In this document: positions 39,344-52,227 of the stretch, piece after piece
Layout: every line of letters starts with the position of its first letter
Numbering within the stretch: position 1 is the stretch's first letter
Origin: Chiloscyllium plagiosum
Taxonomy: Eukaryota
Assembly: GCF_004010195.1 (NCBI RefSeq)
Contig: NC_057719.1
Coordinates: forward strand, 44,473,103 to 44,537,102
Direction of reading: 5' to 3'
DNA length: 64,000 nucleotides
The notes under the pieces: model-generated
The model's input: the letters and a program-made list of their open reading frames with translations, nothing else
The model's database searches: none
Told to the model about the DNA's origin: nothing
Program-made: the position numbers and the translations under genes

Positions 39344-39574
39344 AGAATGTGAGCACTGCAGATGCTGGAGATCAGTGCTTAAAAATGTGTTGCTGGAAAA
39401 GCGCAGCAGGTCAGGCAGCATCAAAGGAACAGGAGAATTGACGTTTCGGGCATAAGCCCTTCTTCAGGAATCCTGATTCTGATCCCTGAAGAAGGGCTTA
39501 TGCCCGAAACGTCGATTCTCCTGTTCCTTTGATGCTGCCTGACCTGCTGCGCTTTTCCGGCAACACATTTTTAA
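39344..39574. mobile_element. Penelope-type hairpin element with 17-bp TSD
   Basis: Inverted arms around 39470-39485. TSD GCTTGAATCCAACTCAG at 39327-39343 and 39575-39591. Confidence 0.9.
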
Positions 39575-41204
39575 GCTTGAATCCAACTCAGTTTAGTAGT
39601 ATAAAAATCTCCTTCATGCCAAAGTTCCAATGCCCAAAACTGACAATAGTTCATCAGAAATGTATTTCAATCAAAAAGATGAATAATGTGGCAAATGTGA
39701 ATGTCACATATCTAATAACCTCCTTCCCTAAGGTTGAGGGTGAGGCACATTGTTGAAGCTGAAAGAGGAAGTTTTATTCTTGTGTCACCCGTATGACATG
39801 ACCTGGGGTCAATACTGGAATTAGGTGCAGAAAATGTTGCACTCTCTCAGGATATACATATCCAGTTTTACTGAATTACAAAACAAAATCTTTGAGACAA
39901 TTAAACATTTCAATTTCCTTGTCATTGCCTTATGAATAGCAAATAGCTTTGAAAGGTTTCCATTCATTTCTGTGATTTAGGGTTCACATTAGTGCAGATT
40001 AATTCATGAGTCTATTCAAAAGCATCATACTGAAATCCTATGAAAATGTTTGTCAACTCTAAATGTCAGTTTTTTTATAATGAAACAGGAAAGTTAAAAA
40101 CAAGTTTTAAAATGTAATACTTTAGTTTCTAAGACACCCAGAGAAAATGGATGGCAAATGAACAAAAGTTGAAAAGATAATTACTAAGCTTTCTTTGATA
40201 ATTACTAGCTTTTATCAAATAATAGCCACCTACTTCTATTCCTGTTTTAATTGGAGCTCATTACCTCTGAAACATGTTTTTCAGTTTCAAGTTACATTCT
40301 GTATTGAGGTCAACTGTGCTGAGGGGAAGAGGGGATTGAATACTAAAGCAACTGCAACCTGTTCTAATTGGCATATTTTTCAGAATGCTGACTATAATGA
40401 CATTCAGATTTATGTTTACTTAATCCTCAGAGAAATCTCCGGAAGTTATATCTATGTTAAATATATAAATTACATATTATTCAGCAACACACACCTCAAA
40501 TGGCTTATTGTTAATGGAGGCTTTTATTTCTTTATGATGTTCTGTTGTAATACCCATTGTTATATAAATAATCCCAGAAATAATGACTGTAATGTACAAG
40601 ATAATCTCACTTCCAGGCTGATTTTAACATTTACTTACACTCAACCATATGCTTTCCAAAAATGAGTTTTATTTTAGGGTTAATTTTTACAAACATTTAG
40701 GTTGCTTAATTAACCTTAATTTATGTTACAGTTTAAAGCATTGCATTTGCTCTACAAATTGTGCAGGAATATCGAGTAATGGCTACTTAGAAACATGAAA
40801 TATCTATAATAGGCTGACTCCTACAAGTACTTCACCATAATGGCATATTCTAAGACTTTTAGATTCTACGTTATTGTTTTGCATTGTTCTTGCAATACCT
40901 TGCTATACTTCCAAGATCATTATACTGTCAACAACTTTGCTTAATTTGATATAGAGAAAATGCACAAAAGTTGAAAGGGTTAACTTGAATTTCTACTAAA
41001 TGAAGGTACTGAAAGGCAATACATTAACTATGATTCACAGCAAAACAATATATAAAGTATTATATGAGCTAACAATACAAAGCTCTGAGAAAAGAAAGAA
41101 CATTCATGTTTTATTCTATTCATTTTTCTAATTTTCTCCTTTCCTCTCTTGAAGATAATAAGTGGTGTTAGGGTAGACGTCCACAGATAGTGCTATGCAT
41201 CAGT

Positions 41205-41528
41205 GATTTAGTGGTTAGCACTAATGCCTCACAGCACCAGGGAACCGGGTTCAATTCCCACCTTGGGCGACTGTCTGTTTGGAGTTTGCATGTTCTCCCC
41301 ATATCTGTGTGGGTTTCCTCCAGGTGCTCCGGTTTGCTCCCACAGTCCAAATACATGCAGGTTAGGTGAATTGGCCATGGTAAATTGCCTATAGTATTAG
41401 GTATGTTAGTCAGGGATAAATATAGGGTAGGGAATGGATCTGGGTGGGTTGCTCTTCAGAGGGTTGGTGTGGACTTGTTGGGCCGAAGGGCCTGTTTCCA
41501 CACTGTAGGGAATGGAATCTAATCTAAT
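41205..41528 (+). mobile_element. HE1-type SINE
   Basis: HE1 head, core and AATCT tail. Confidence 0.9.
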
Positions 41529-41934
41529 CATTGATGCCCTGTTTAAGTTGTCATTCTGTACATTAGAGCTGATATATTGAATGGTGACAGGTTATTCAGC
41601 TGTACTGGCCATCATGGTTAAGCTCTATTTATTCTGTTTCATTCAAGATCCATACGTCAAAGCTTTTCTGCATGAATCTCTGAGAAATTATTTTCCTCTC
41701 TAGCTCACCTCTGCTGTGGCTAATTATAGCTGCTCCACTGATGATTCAGTTGAGATCACTAAAGTCAGCACGGGTTGGAAATTGAATGGGATCTAATAAA
41801 AATGCCCGGTGGAATCTTACCCTGATGCATTGCTGGAAAAGTTTATATTAATGTTTTAAAATGATCACAAAGGTTGAGCATTCCTTGTTTTATTTTAAAT
41901 TAGTGTGAGATGGTGGGACACATTGGTGGGACAC

Positions 41935-42925
41935 TAAAACAGAAGTTGCTGGAAAAGCTCAGCAGGTCGGGCAGCATCTGTGAATAAAAATCAGAGTTAA
42001 TGTGTCAAATCTGGTGACCTTCCTCAGAACTGATGGTAGCTGGGAAAATGTTGGTTTATGTGCAGAAGATAGGATGGGGGGAAGAGGTAAGGATGAAATG
42101 ATAGGTGATAATAGATTAGATTAGATTACATTACAGTATGGAAACAGGCCCTTCGGCCCAACAAGTCCACACCGACCCGCCGAAGCGCAACCCATCCATA
42201 CCCCTACATTTACCCCTATACCTAACACTACGGGCAATTTAGCATGGCCAATTCACCTGACCTGCACATCTTTGTGACTGTGGGAGGAAACCGGAGCACC
42301 CGGAGGAAACCCACGCAGACACGGGGAGAACGTGCAAACTCCACACAGTCAGTCGCCTGAGTCGGGAATTGAACCCGGGTCTCTGGCGCTGCGAGGCAGC
42401 AGTGCTAACCACTGTGCCACCGTGCCGCCCATAATAGAGCCCGAAGAGAGAGAAGAAAAGTTGGACAGACAAAGGACTGATAAACGATCTGGATAGGAGG
42501 GTTAATAGCCATTAATGGAGACTGTTAGTGGTTAAAAATCTCCCACATCCTAGACCCCTACTCCCACATCAGGTCTTGTTATCACATATTCTGCCATTAC
42601 ACACACGAGCGCTATTGTTAGCCACAAACAATTTCCATTAACAGCTATTCACTCTCCTAGCCAGATCTTTATCCACTCCTTTGTCTGTCCAACTGCTCTT
42701 CTCTCTCTTTGGGCTCTCTTCCCATCTATTGTTTACTTATTTTCCCCTCCCCCCCACCCCATCTTCTACATATAAACCAACATTTTCCTAGCCACTGTTA
42801 GTTCTGAGGAAGGGTCACTGGACCCGAAAGGTTAACTTCGATTTCTTTTTACAGATGCTGCCAGACCTCATGAGCTTTTCCAGCAACTTCTGCTTTTGTT
42901 TCTGATTTACAGCATTCAAAGTTTT
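41935..42925. mobile_element. Penelope-type inverted element with a young HE1 SINE (42115-42432, minus) inserted
   Basis: Inverted arms at 41935-42110 and 42620-42900, with an intact HE1 inside. Confidence 0.8.
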
Positions 42926-42944
42926 TTCAGTGGTTATTTAACAT

Positions 42945-43790
42945 TGGTGGAAGTTGCTTATAGGTGACCAAATAGCAGCAATAATGTAAATCACACAATA
43001 AATCAGAAAGTTTGATGTACGCACCACAAGGATAATTCAGTAATCATGGGGTATTTCACTCAACATATGGACCATGTAAACCTAATTAGTGCTAATATTG
43101 TGGAGATTGAATTGTTAGAATGTAGGTAAGGTGTTTTTTTTTAAGATTGCTGCATTGAGGAGCCAACTAGGGAATGGGTTAAACAATTAGATCTAGTATT
43201 GTACATTGAAAAAGGAATCACTAATAATCTTGTTGCAAAGCCTTTGGGAAAGTGTCATCATAGTGTGATAGAATTTTACATTAAGTTTGAAAGTGATATT
43301 TTACAATCAGAAACGAGTGTCTTAAATTGAAACAAAAGAAACAATGACAGTATCAGGGCACATTGGCTATGGTGGCTTGGCAAACTACATTAAAAGTAGT
43401 TGGACTGGCAATGGCTAACATTTAAGGAACTAATACATAGTTCACATCAAAAATTAATTCTTTGAATGAAAAAAAAACCTAATAAGGAATGTGTTCTAGG
43501 TGTGGCCAATGAAATAATCAAGGATTATGTTGGTTTTAAGGAAAATATCTATGAAGTTGCCAAAAAGATAGTAAGGCTGAGGATTGGAAACATTTTGCAA
43601 TTTTGCAAAGGGAACCCAAGTAAAAGCTTCAGGAACAATATGATATTCAATTAAGCTAGCAGAAAACATAAAACCGGATTGTGAAAAGCTTCTATGGGTA
43701 TGTAAAGAATGAAAGGATAACAAAATCAAGTGGAGGTCAATGACACACAAGCCAGATAATTTATAATGGTGAATAAAGAACTATCAGAGA
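42945..43790 (+). mobile_element. Old CR1 ORF2 relic (endonuclease-to-linker region)
   Basis: VIMG.F, EEPTRE..LDLVL and GK.HHS.IEF-like peptides. Confidence 0.6.
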
Positions 43791-44229
43791 GACTAAACTA
43801 GGTAAAATATGAAGAAAAACAAAGAATGGCTATATATTGTTACTAAACAAGAGAGATACTTCATGAAAGTTTTTCACCTTGAATTCATCATGACAATTGA
43901 CAAGAAATGCCAATGTAAAGGGAAAACATCATTTATACTGTAAGGGAAGAGGGTGTTGATTGGATGACATGTTGATCCTGACTGTTAGAGCCATTTCATA
44001 GAAAATACATTAGTTAATGATGACTAACAATTAACTACCAAATATTATTTAAATTTTAAACAGAACAGGTTGATTCTGCTTCAGAAAAGCATTGTCCTGA
44101 GAAATAAACCAGGGAATGATTATCACATAAAAATTAAACAAAGAGCTACAGATGCTGGAACCCTAAATGAAAACCTGAAATTGCTGGAAAAACTCAGCAC
44201 ATCTGGCAGCATCTATGGAGAGAAAGTGT

Positions 44230-44570
44230 TGTGTGTCCACAAGTCTGGCAGCAGCCATGACTCCCACATCCTAGAGCACTTTCATGTACCTGCGGTGTAT
44301 GAGGGCCCAGTAATGAGGGCTCATTACTGGGGGACAAGGAATACCTGCTGCAATTATGGCTCAAAACACAATTGCGGAATCTCCGAGCTGAAGTGGAGCT
44401 CAGATAGAAGGCTGCCATGCTTCAACCCAGGGCCATGGTCGAGCAGGTGATAAGGTTAAAGATGCAGTTCTGTTGCTTGTACTGGTCTGGGGTGGTGGGG
44501 AGGTGTAGCCCATTAGTGTAGTCTGAATAAGTATGTCACATTATCCTGGCATGCTGTGCTGTGACAATTG
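44230..44570 (+). mobile_element. PIF/Harbinger transposase C-terminal relic
   Basis: SGSSHDSHIL, GDKEYLLQLWLKT and RAMVEQVIRLKMQFCCL correspond to PGS.HD, GD.GY and R..IE..IG.LK.RF.CL. Confidence 0.8.
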
Positions 44571-44999
44571 GAGTAGACATCAAAGTGATGCAATAGATAC
44601 TGAAGAACTAGAAGAATGGGAAGAGTCTGCTGAGAAGATTGAAAATATTGGGGAGAAGGAAGCTCTCCTTGGAGGCAGATCATTTATGACTGAGATAAGG
44701 AGGAATTGTTTTCTCAGAGACTGGTGCTTCTTTGGAATTCTCTGGACCAGATGGCCATGGAGGCTTGGTTGTTGTGTATATTCCAGACTGAGACTAATGA
44801 ATTTCTACACACCAAAAACCTCAAGAGATGTGAAGAGCGTGCAGGGGAATGTTGTTAAAGTAGAATATCAGATATGATCCCATTGAACAGTAGAGTGGGT
44901 TCAAATGAATGAATGACCTACTCCTGCTCCTGTTGCTTATATTTTTGAGCTCTAATGCACAGACATGCACAGTATTAATTCCATGATAGTGAAGTCTCA

Positions 45000-45700
45000 A
45001 AAGGATTGGAGATAAAATTATTGAAAAACTACAGCATTTAGTACCTGTCAAATACAGCAGGTATTTGACATTTAGTCAAATAATAATGTGCTTCAGAAGA
45101 TTTTAAACAATTTTTGAGCCCAAAATTTAAATGGCAAATTCTTGGATCAGAGTTGGCATGGCAACAAAATGTACTTTCATACTTGTGATTTTGTAAGCAT
45201 TGTGTATGCCTATTCTTGGTCACAACACCTGCCTTAAAGGAACCTTGTGTGAATTTATTACAATCGGAAATTTTCTTTGAGTGCCAACATATACAGGATC
45301 TCATCGACATTATAAACGTGCTCAGAAATCCACGGTGATAACATATCTGTTTGTGCTAAAATGATCTCAAAGTGTTGGAATACATTCAGCTAAACATCAG
45401 AGTACCCAACGGCAACAGTTTAGACATTGGCAAATTCCAATTGAAATCAGGGAAATTTGCAGGTTTTTAAGCAAGGAAAACTGTACAAAGCATGAGCAAG
45501 TGTTTCTCCTAACTCATCTGTTCCTATTATAACATTGGCTTTCAGGCTATAGTTAATTAAGTAAGTAAAATCACACCTTCAATTCATGGATCTATTGGTT
45601 CTAGTTGATCAAACAATAATGCTCTCAACTATCATGTACTGATAATTCAAATAATGGATTATTTAGTCTGTTGTCAAGGTCTCCTTGGGCTCCAATCTTT
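45000..45700 (-). pseudogene. Decayed coding-like segment, possibly the downstream part of the 48.5-49.0 kb L EVE
   Basis: HYCLIN*NQ*IHEL (about 45580-45622) resembles HYHL...CI.EI. It is followed by a partly open frame IIGTDELGETLAHALYS...FQLEFANV...VDEILYML. Confidence 0.3.
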
Positions 45701-45979
45701 AATAGGCGGGTAGAATATAGTACTCTTTTTATTTGTTCATCAGTTATGGGCATTGTTGACAATGTCAACATTTATTGTCAATCCCTGTTTGACCTTGAGT
45801 AATGGTGATGTGTCTTCTTGAACTGCTATAGTTCACAGTGGATATGTATACCCATGGTGCTGTGAGAAAGGGAATTACAGAATTTTGACCCAGCAATAGC
45901 ACTGGAATGATGATATGGTTTGCAGTCAGGATGTTGCGTAGCTCAGAATAAAACCTGTAGCTCATGGTGTTTGCATGTA

Positions 45980-46196
45980 CAGATAGTTCTTCTACAATAC
46001 AATGGTTGCATTCTTATGCAACCCACATTATAGAACAATCATGCTTTAGAAACAGTCCTTAAAATATTGGTGATGTAATTGCACTACAGCCAATGCATGT
46101 TTTAAAAGTTTGCACTTTAGAAACTGTGTCTCCAATTTGTCAATCGCACTACAGTGAATGCATGCTAACAAAATGTACGTTATAGCAAATGACCTG
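45980..46196. mobile_element. MER6/Tigger-like MITE inside a LINE relic
   Basis: TA-CAG...CTG-TA ends with imperfect TIRs. Confidence 0.6.
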
Positions 46197-47883
46197 TATT
46201 TGCAACCATGTTCTTCTTGATGGCAGAGGTCATGGTGCTGTTGAAGGAGCTGGAAGGAGTTGCTGCAGTGTATCTTGTAGATGGAATGTACCGTTAACCC
46301 TTTGCATCAGGGAATGAATGTCAAGGCAATAGTTGGAGTATCAATCCAGTGAATTGCTTTGTCCTGAATGGTGTTGAGCTCCTTGTGTGTTGTTGCAGCT
46401 GCTCTCATCCAGGCCAACTGAAAATCAAAGAGATTCTACTTATGTGTTCTTGCAAAAGGAGGAAGTCATTATTTGATGATTAAACATGATGATATAAACT
46501 GATATAACACCTGAGAAACATAGAGAGGCATCTTACAGGGTTGTGAGTGATGCAACCTGTGGCAAGATCTTGTGGCAGAAGGTGATAAGTTTGATGAGGC
46601 CCATCTCAGTGTTGAGATCAGCATACTCCACCTTATATACTTTTCACAAATGGCATGGTGAGATTCTCAGTAGGCAGCAGTGAGACATCAATCGATACTC
46701 ATGACTGATTGTTAAACATCTTGTTTATGCCACAGGGTGTCATTCATATTCAAGCTCCCATGTTACCATACTTGCTGAAAAAGCTCAATGCTAAAAAACA
46801 AGGAAACCAAAGCAGGCACTTGGCAAATTCAGCTCACCACGTGGTACGAGCAACCTCCATGTTGGACAGCAGCAACATTTCAGGGTCTGCTGCATGGGCA
46901 TCAGCCATGTACAACTCATGCCCACAGGCGTTGATATCTGACATCTGCCAACTTCTAAAAGTCCTCCTGGTACCTCTCCAGTCAACTTACAAGACACGTC
47001 TACACATCAGTACTGCATCTTGGGCTTCACTGACAACCATCATCGTAAAGCTGCAGCAAGGACACTATGCACTCAGTGGCCTTAGTGGGAGGTGGATACA
47101 GTAGCAGACATTGGGTAAGTATGAGTCATTCGAAGAAAAGATTATGCCACTTACATCAGCAGAATGGAAAAGGATATTGACCTTTTTCCTATAGTGTAGG
47201 GCATTTCTCTAGATGGCCGAGACTGATTTAAGCTGATTGACGACTTCGGGTTATGTAGGCATGGTTGGGTTTAATGACGTCCACTGTTGGATCTTCAGGA
47301 CAACAAAGTCCCACCTGTTGTCCCATCCAATTGGTGCAGGGTACAGGCAGCAAAGCAAGTGAGTGGCACTCAACGGATATCTCCCTTTTGATGCTGAATC
47401 TGGCATGTTGAGTGTCTTTGCACATGGGTCCTCTCCTCCTTCCTACAGAGGCTCCATAAATAAATGTGTTGGAGTTTGATCACTTTGCTCCCCACTGAGG
47501 AGCCTCAACTGGTGTTGGGCAGATACCTGCCACTGACCTAGGTGGGGTGGAGGCAGGAAAGTGGAGATGACCACTCAGTACTTCTACCTGTATCCATCAC
47601 AGTCCCTCTAATAATGTGACATCCCTTGCCACCAAACTCACCCTAAGATGGAACTAAATTCTGACACTGGAGATTAGTCCAGCTAAGATCAGCAGATTAT
47701 TTTTGAACGATAAACAAATGGTTATGTGGTCACCATTGCAGATGCTAACCTATTTAATTCCAGATTTATTTTGTTAAATAAAGTTAAATTCCCTCTCTAC
47801 CATAGTGAGATATGAATTCATATCTCTGAATCTTTATTCCAGGCCTCGGGATTGTGAGTCAAAAATGTGGTGCTGGAAAACAT

Positions 47884-47918
47884 TCCTGATGAAGAGCTTA
47901 TGCTCGAAACGTCGACTC
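47884..47918 (+). ncRNA. Minimal hammerhead ribozyme core in a Penelope-type element (about 47860-48010)
   Basis: CTGATGA (47886-92), stem II GAGC-TTAT-GCTC (47894-905), GAAA (47906-09), CGTC. Confidence 0.65.
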
Positions 47919-48289
47919 TCCTGCTCCTCGGATGCTGCCTGACTGGCTGTGCTTTTCCAGCACTACATTTTTTGACTGATCTCCAGCATCTGCGGTCCTT
48001 ACTTTCTCGTCCTTGGGATTGTGAGTCCAGTTCCAAAAAAAACCCACTATGTCATCATTTCCTTTATTTCTGAATGTGGCATTACAAATGTAGAATTAGT
48101 TTTGCAAACTCTCTTTTATGTTTCTGATGAATAACCTTATCTAACACTTTCTTTCAAATTCGATTCATACCTCTTTACATTTGCACAGTTGCTGGTTTAT
48201 TTTTGATCACCACTTCTTGAATATTTTTCTTCACACATTCACATTACTGAATTCTGTCACTGGCAGATTTGGAATACAGGTAGAAGTAC

Positions 48290-48476
48290 TGAGTTGTTTA
48301 GCTCAGTTGGGTGGATAAGTAGTTTTCGAAGCGCAGTAATGCCAACAGCGCAGGTTTAATTCCTGTAACCGGCTGAGATTATTCTGAAGGTCCTGTCTTC
48401 TCAATCTTACCCCTTGTCTGAGTTATGATTGCCCTCAGGTTAAACTCATGGAGTTTATGGAGACTTTACCTTTACT
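48290..48476 (+). mobile_element. tRNA-derived SINE
   Basis: A-box TAGCTCAGTTGG, B-box GGTTTAATTCC, GACTTTACCTTT tail. Confidence 0.65.
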
Positions 48477-48489
48477 GCAGAACTCAGTA

Positions 48490-49020
48490 TACCATATAAA
48501 TAGGATAGTTTCTACAGCAACAACAGCTTCAGCCAATAATGCAGAATAATTCACAAAGCAGAATTCTGTTATAAAAGCAGCATTAGCTTTTTAGCTCACA
48601 GGAAACTGTAACTGTGCACCCCCGCACTCTACATAGATTGTGACGATGTGAAGTGATGGATAAATTAACAACAGTAAAGTGCACAAAATAAAGGGAAGCC
48701 GAAGAGGGGTTTCAGAGGATTAGCTTCAATAGTTATGTAGTGTTAATCATAGGCAATGCATCTTTCACTATTTTGTCTCTTACGCAATCTGCTGAGTGTT
48801 ATGTAAGGTTGAGTTGGATATGATACCCTGGTATGTGTCATGGGTTGACACATCTCCATACAGTCTGCAGTGCAAGTTAGAAATATATGCAACAGATCCA
48901 TTAAAATGTGAATATACAAGTGATCACAATGTCCATATAAGGCACTTCTGAAAGTAGATACTGAATCATGTTCTCTCCACCAGTTTCTCACTGCCCAAAA
49001 CAGATGCAAAAATCCAAGTA
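48490..49020 (-). pseudogene. Candidate EVE: Mononegavirales/Jingchuvirales-type L CR IV region
   Basis: TGG...F.SALYGHCDHL (48917-48943) resembles LGG...F.YRGH.DPL. NP*HIP...DCVRDKIVKDALPMINT (48740-48789) resembles DP.S+P...LR..+...LP.I.N. YPSLHIVTIY..G resembles P..P.+..IY.S..G. Confidence 0.5.
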
Positions 49021-50319
49021 TTTAAAATGGCATTGCAATTTTATTTTATGAACATGGCATGCAATGAATAGTTTGTTCATGGATATTTAGTCTGGGAAAT
49101 AGTTTTAATGCAGGAAAGCAGTGAGAAGAGGGCAAAGTGCCGGGAACACACAACTGACCACCCTGAAGACAGCAAGCTCTGGAAGCTAATAGGATGCATG
49201 ATGCTGCACATTGGTTGGGATCCTAGGAAATTCAGCTCTCTCTGCAGGTAATACCTGGGATTGGACTTAACGCACTCCACCTGGTGGATTTGAAGACAGG
49301 ATAGGCATGTTAAATCCAGCAGGCACTGTGCTTACTGGCCACATGCATTTCTCTGCCTTTTGCCACAGTTTTATGAGCAGTTGTGTGGTGGCCGGGCTCC
49401 CAACCATCTTCTATTTGTCGGCCATTATTCTGCCATTGTCAGCAGTGGGAGGAGCTCACACTAAATGCCCTGTCTAGCAGCACATCCAGTGTGAGCTTAT
49501 TTTGGACATGGGGCCGGGTCTCAAATTGACGCCTCTGGACATGTGAGGTTTATCCCAAGATGTAAACCACCTCCTTCCAATCCTTTTTCCTAAGGCTTCC
49601 TTCCCTCTGCTGGCCTTATTAAATCAGATCCCATTTTCCATCCTTACCAGACCTTGGCCCTGGTGAATGTCAGATTCACCTGACATTCTGGATCCAGAAG
49701 TACAAGTCTTCCTTTCAGCCTGACTGAAATACAAGTAATGGTTATCACTCCCCCTGGTGCTGTTGGTAATGGAGAGTAATGGGTACTAATTGGCCTGCAG
49801 TCTCTGGACAGGGATTCCCTGTTGCTAAAGTTCTTCCTCAAGTCAATGAATAGTCAATCAATATTTTAATTTTGTAGGGCTGATGGTGGGCATGAATTAT
49901 ATTACCCTGTTACATCCAGCCCCTGGTGACGCTATGGAGGGGTTTAGGGATGTGAACGGTATAGGGGTGAACTTGCTCTGGTAGCAGCACACAGTATCAG
50001 TACATTAACATAAGTTTAAAAGGTGACTAAAGCAAAATACTGCCAATTCTGGTAATCTGAAATAATCATAAAAATGCTGTAAATTATCATTTTTTATTAG
50101 ATTAAAAGAACCTTGATTTTGTGTTTAGGTCTTGAGTGCTCCTTTTATGGAACTAATCAATCACTGAAGATCTGGTTAAATTAAGTACAACATTTGCAGT
50201 GAATGGTCTGCCTAGTTTTACTGTGGACTCCAAAACAAGGCGACAAGCTCAAAATATTGGTTTCAGTATTCATTTCCATTGCATCTGTTCAGTAGATGTG
50301 TGAATATATTATTAGATCG

Positions 50320-50975
50320 AAGACTTATTCCTGACTGCAAGTTTTCTTTTAATAATGATAGTTGATATTAACTTGTTGACATCAATGCATGAGAATCTGG
50401 ACTGTCCTCAAAATGGAGAAGATGGAATTACTGCTTAATAATTCTAACTATCAGCTAGCTATTATTTTCACAGGGACCTGCTGCTGGATGTTGGAGGTCC
50501 CAATCTGCTTCAGCTTATAACAAACCAATGTGCCAGAATGAGAAAATCCAGTGCTTTTGCTCCATGCTTTCCTCTAGAGCCTTGGGACTCAGTCTGTGTG
50601 CTTCTCTGAATGATGAACATTTATCTCCAGCAGGCTATTTTACCAAATGTTTCAATGATGCTTATGTTATCTCCCAATACTGAGAACTAGGACATAGATA
50701 TTATGGTATTGAGGAATTCAACAGTCACTTCTTGCAACTAGCTATTATGGACAAACACTACATTCATTGACATATCATTGTTAACATTGAGCTATTAGAT
50801 TGCAACCGATCTGTATGCTTTCGATACTATGTCATGCTTCAAGTGATATCTGAGTAAGATAAAATATGAGACCTTTGACCTCTCAGATCACATACTGTGA
50901 TAGAGTGAGGATATCATGACCCTGTTCTTAAAGATATACTCGACATACTGACCATGAAAAATAAGACAACATTCC
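50320..50975 (+). pseudogene. EVE copy A: alphavirus-supergroup (Martellivirales-like) capping methyltransferase fragment
   Basis: IPDCKFSFNN...LKMEKMELLL...LLLDVGG (50478-98)...KIQCFCSMLSSRA (50543-81)...TKCFND...LF..STY.HE. Compare the virga-like pattern YPEF.I.F...LR.LE.E.L...DIGG...VHCC.P.LD.RD...F...Y.H. Confidence 0.55.
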
Positions 50976-51469
50976 CATTTTATCCAAACATATATCTTAT
51001 CTCAAACCGGCATATACAGTTGTGTAAAGACGCATGCTGTCAATTCAAGAATTATACAAATAGCAAAACAGAGTTTATAAGATTAACAGTTTAATCTTCA
51101 AGGTATTACTTCACAGATTTGACAACTCATCCTGATCTCATGATTGAATACCCATTCGGAGGGCCAAGGGGTTCACTCTGTGCTGCTATTGTTTGTCAAA
51201 AAGGCACTCTTGCTGCTTGTTGCTGTCACTTAATACCATTGCACAATCTTCATCATTGGAGTGTTTTTCATCAGTCTCATAGCACATGATTTGTTTATTG
51301 TACATTAGTCTAAGTTGGCTTCTGTTCCTTTGCAAAGCAATACCAGGACCAGTAATGACTTTGTATAATCTGAGCTGGTTGCATGATTAGAAATTTCTGG
51401 TTAACAAGTAATTGAATTTGTATTGAATTCACATCCTCATATTGGAGGTCCCAACCTGCTTCAGCTCGT

Positions 51470-52227
51470 ACAGTATGGGAGCCGTGGTTTACGAAGGAAG
51501 TGGAATCTCTGGTCAAGAGGAAGAAGAAGGCTTATGTTAGGATGAGATGTGAAGGCTCAGTTAGGGCGCTTGAGGGTTACAAGGTAGCCAGGACAGACCT
51601 AAAGAGAGAGCTCAGAAGAGCCAGGAGGAGACATGAGAAGTTGTTGGTTGATAGGATCAGGGTAAACCCTAAGGCTTTCTATAGGTATTTAAGGAATAAA
51701 AGAATGACAAGAGTAAGATTAGGGCCAANNNNNNNNNNNNNNNNNNNNNNNNNNNNNNNNNNNNNNNNNNNNNNNNNNNNNNNNNNNNNNNNNNNNNNNN
51801 NNNNNNNNNNNNNNNNNNNNNNNNNNNNNNNNNNNNNNNNNNNNNNNNNNNNNNNNNNNNNNNNNNNNNNNNNNNNNNNNNNNNNNNNNNNNNNNNNNNN
51901 NTAGATAGGGTGGACAGGGAGAGCCTTTTTCCAAGTATGGTGATGGCGAGCACGAGGGGGCATAGCTTTAAATTGAAGGGTGATAGATATAGGACAGATG
52001 TCAGAGGTAGTTTCTTTACTCAGGGAGTAGTAAGGGTATGGAATGCTTTGCCTGCAATGGTAGTAGATTCACCAACTTTAAGTACATTTATGTCGTCATT
52101 GGATAAGCATATGGGCGTACATGGAATAGTGCAGATTAGATGGGCTTCAGATTGATATGACAGGTCAGTGCAACATCGAGGGCGAAGGGCCTGTACTGTG
52201 CTGTAATGTTCTATGTTCTATGTTCTA
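51470..52227 (+). mobile_element. Young CR1 LINE spanning the assembly gap
   Basis: PWFTKEVESLVKRKKKAY...NPKAFYRY before the gap. FFTQGVVRVWNALP and a (TTCTATG)n tail after it. Confidence 0.9.
51729..51901. other. Assembly gap (173 N)
   Basis: Run of N. Confidence 1.

Larger units (their letters stand above)
36500..40920 (-). pseudogene. EVE: Bunyavirales (peribunyavirus-like) L segment, N-terminal third, in three pieces (40920-39850, 39300-38200, 37283-36500)
   Basis: One near-open frame at 40920-40080: HYGEVL...PLLDI, KPFEVCV...ITSGDFSE, PIKTGIEVG, AIHFLW (40138-40155), ILKLVF. Then ATANCWILDPS*FFK (about 38260-38310). Then a near-open frame with KGVNKDRN...L*FAP...IQYL (KGVNKDRN at 36882-36905). 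The order matches orthobunyavirus L as I recall it (RHDYFG..PFIDI, PIEIV..INSDRF, PSIHFIW..KLI, AN...PS.DIK, QKGVND.RNL..IWFPG..QIYL). Confidence 0.65.

Noticed and set aside
40195..40665. 156-aa plus-strand ORF
   Set aside because: No recognisable features. It is the antisense shadow of the minus-strand bunyavirus-like frame.
50603..50687. C/D-box snoRNA-like pattern (ATGATGA...CTGA with a TTCTC/GAGAA stem)
   Set aside because: Both boxes are broken in the close duplicate at about 52320-52395. The region is better explained as decayed coding sequence.
50490..50760. Minus-strand Academ-like transposase reading
   Set aside because: Only vague resemblance. Residues conserved among the three copies are on the plus strand.
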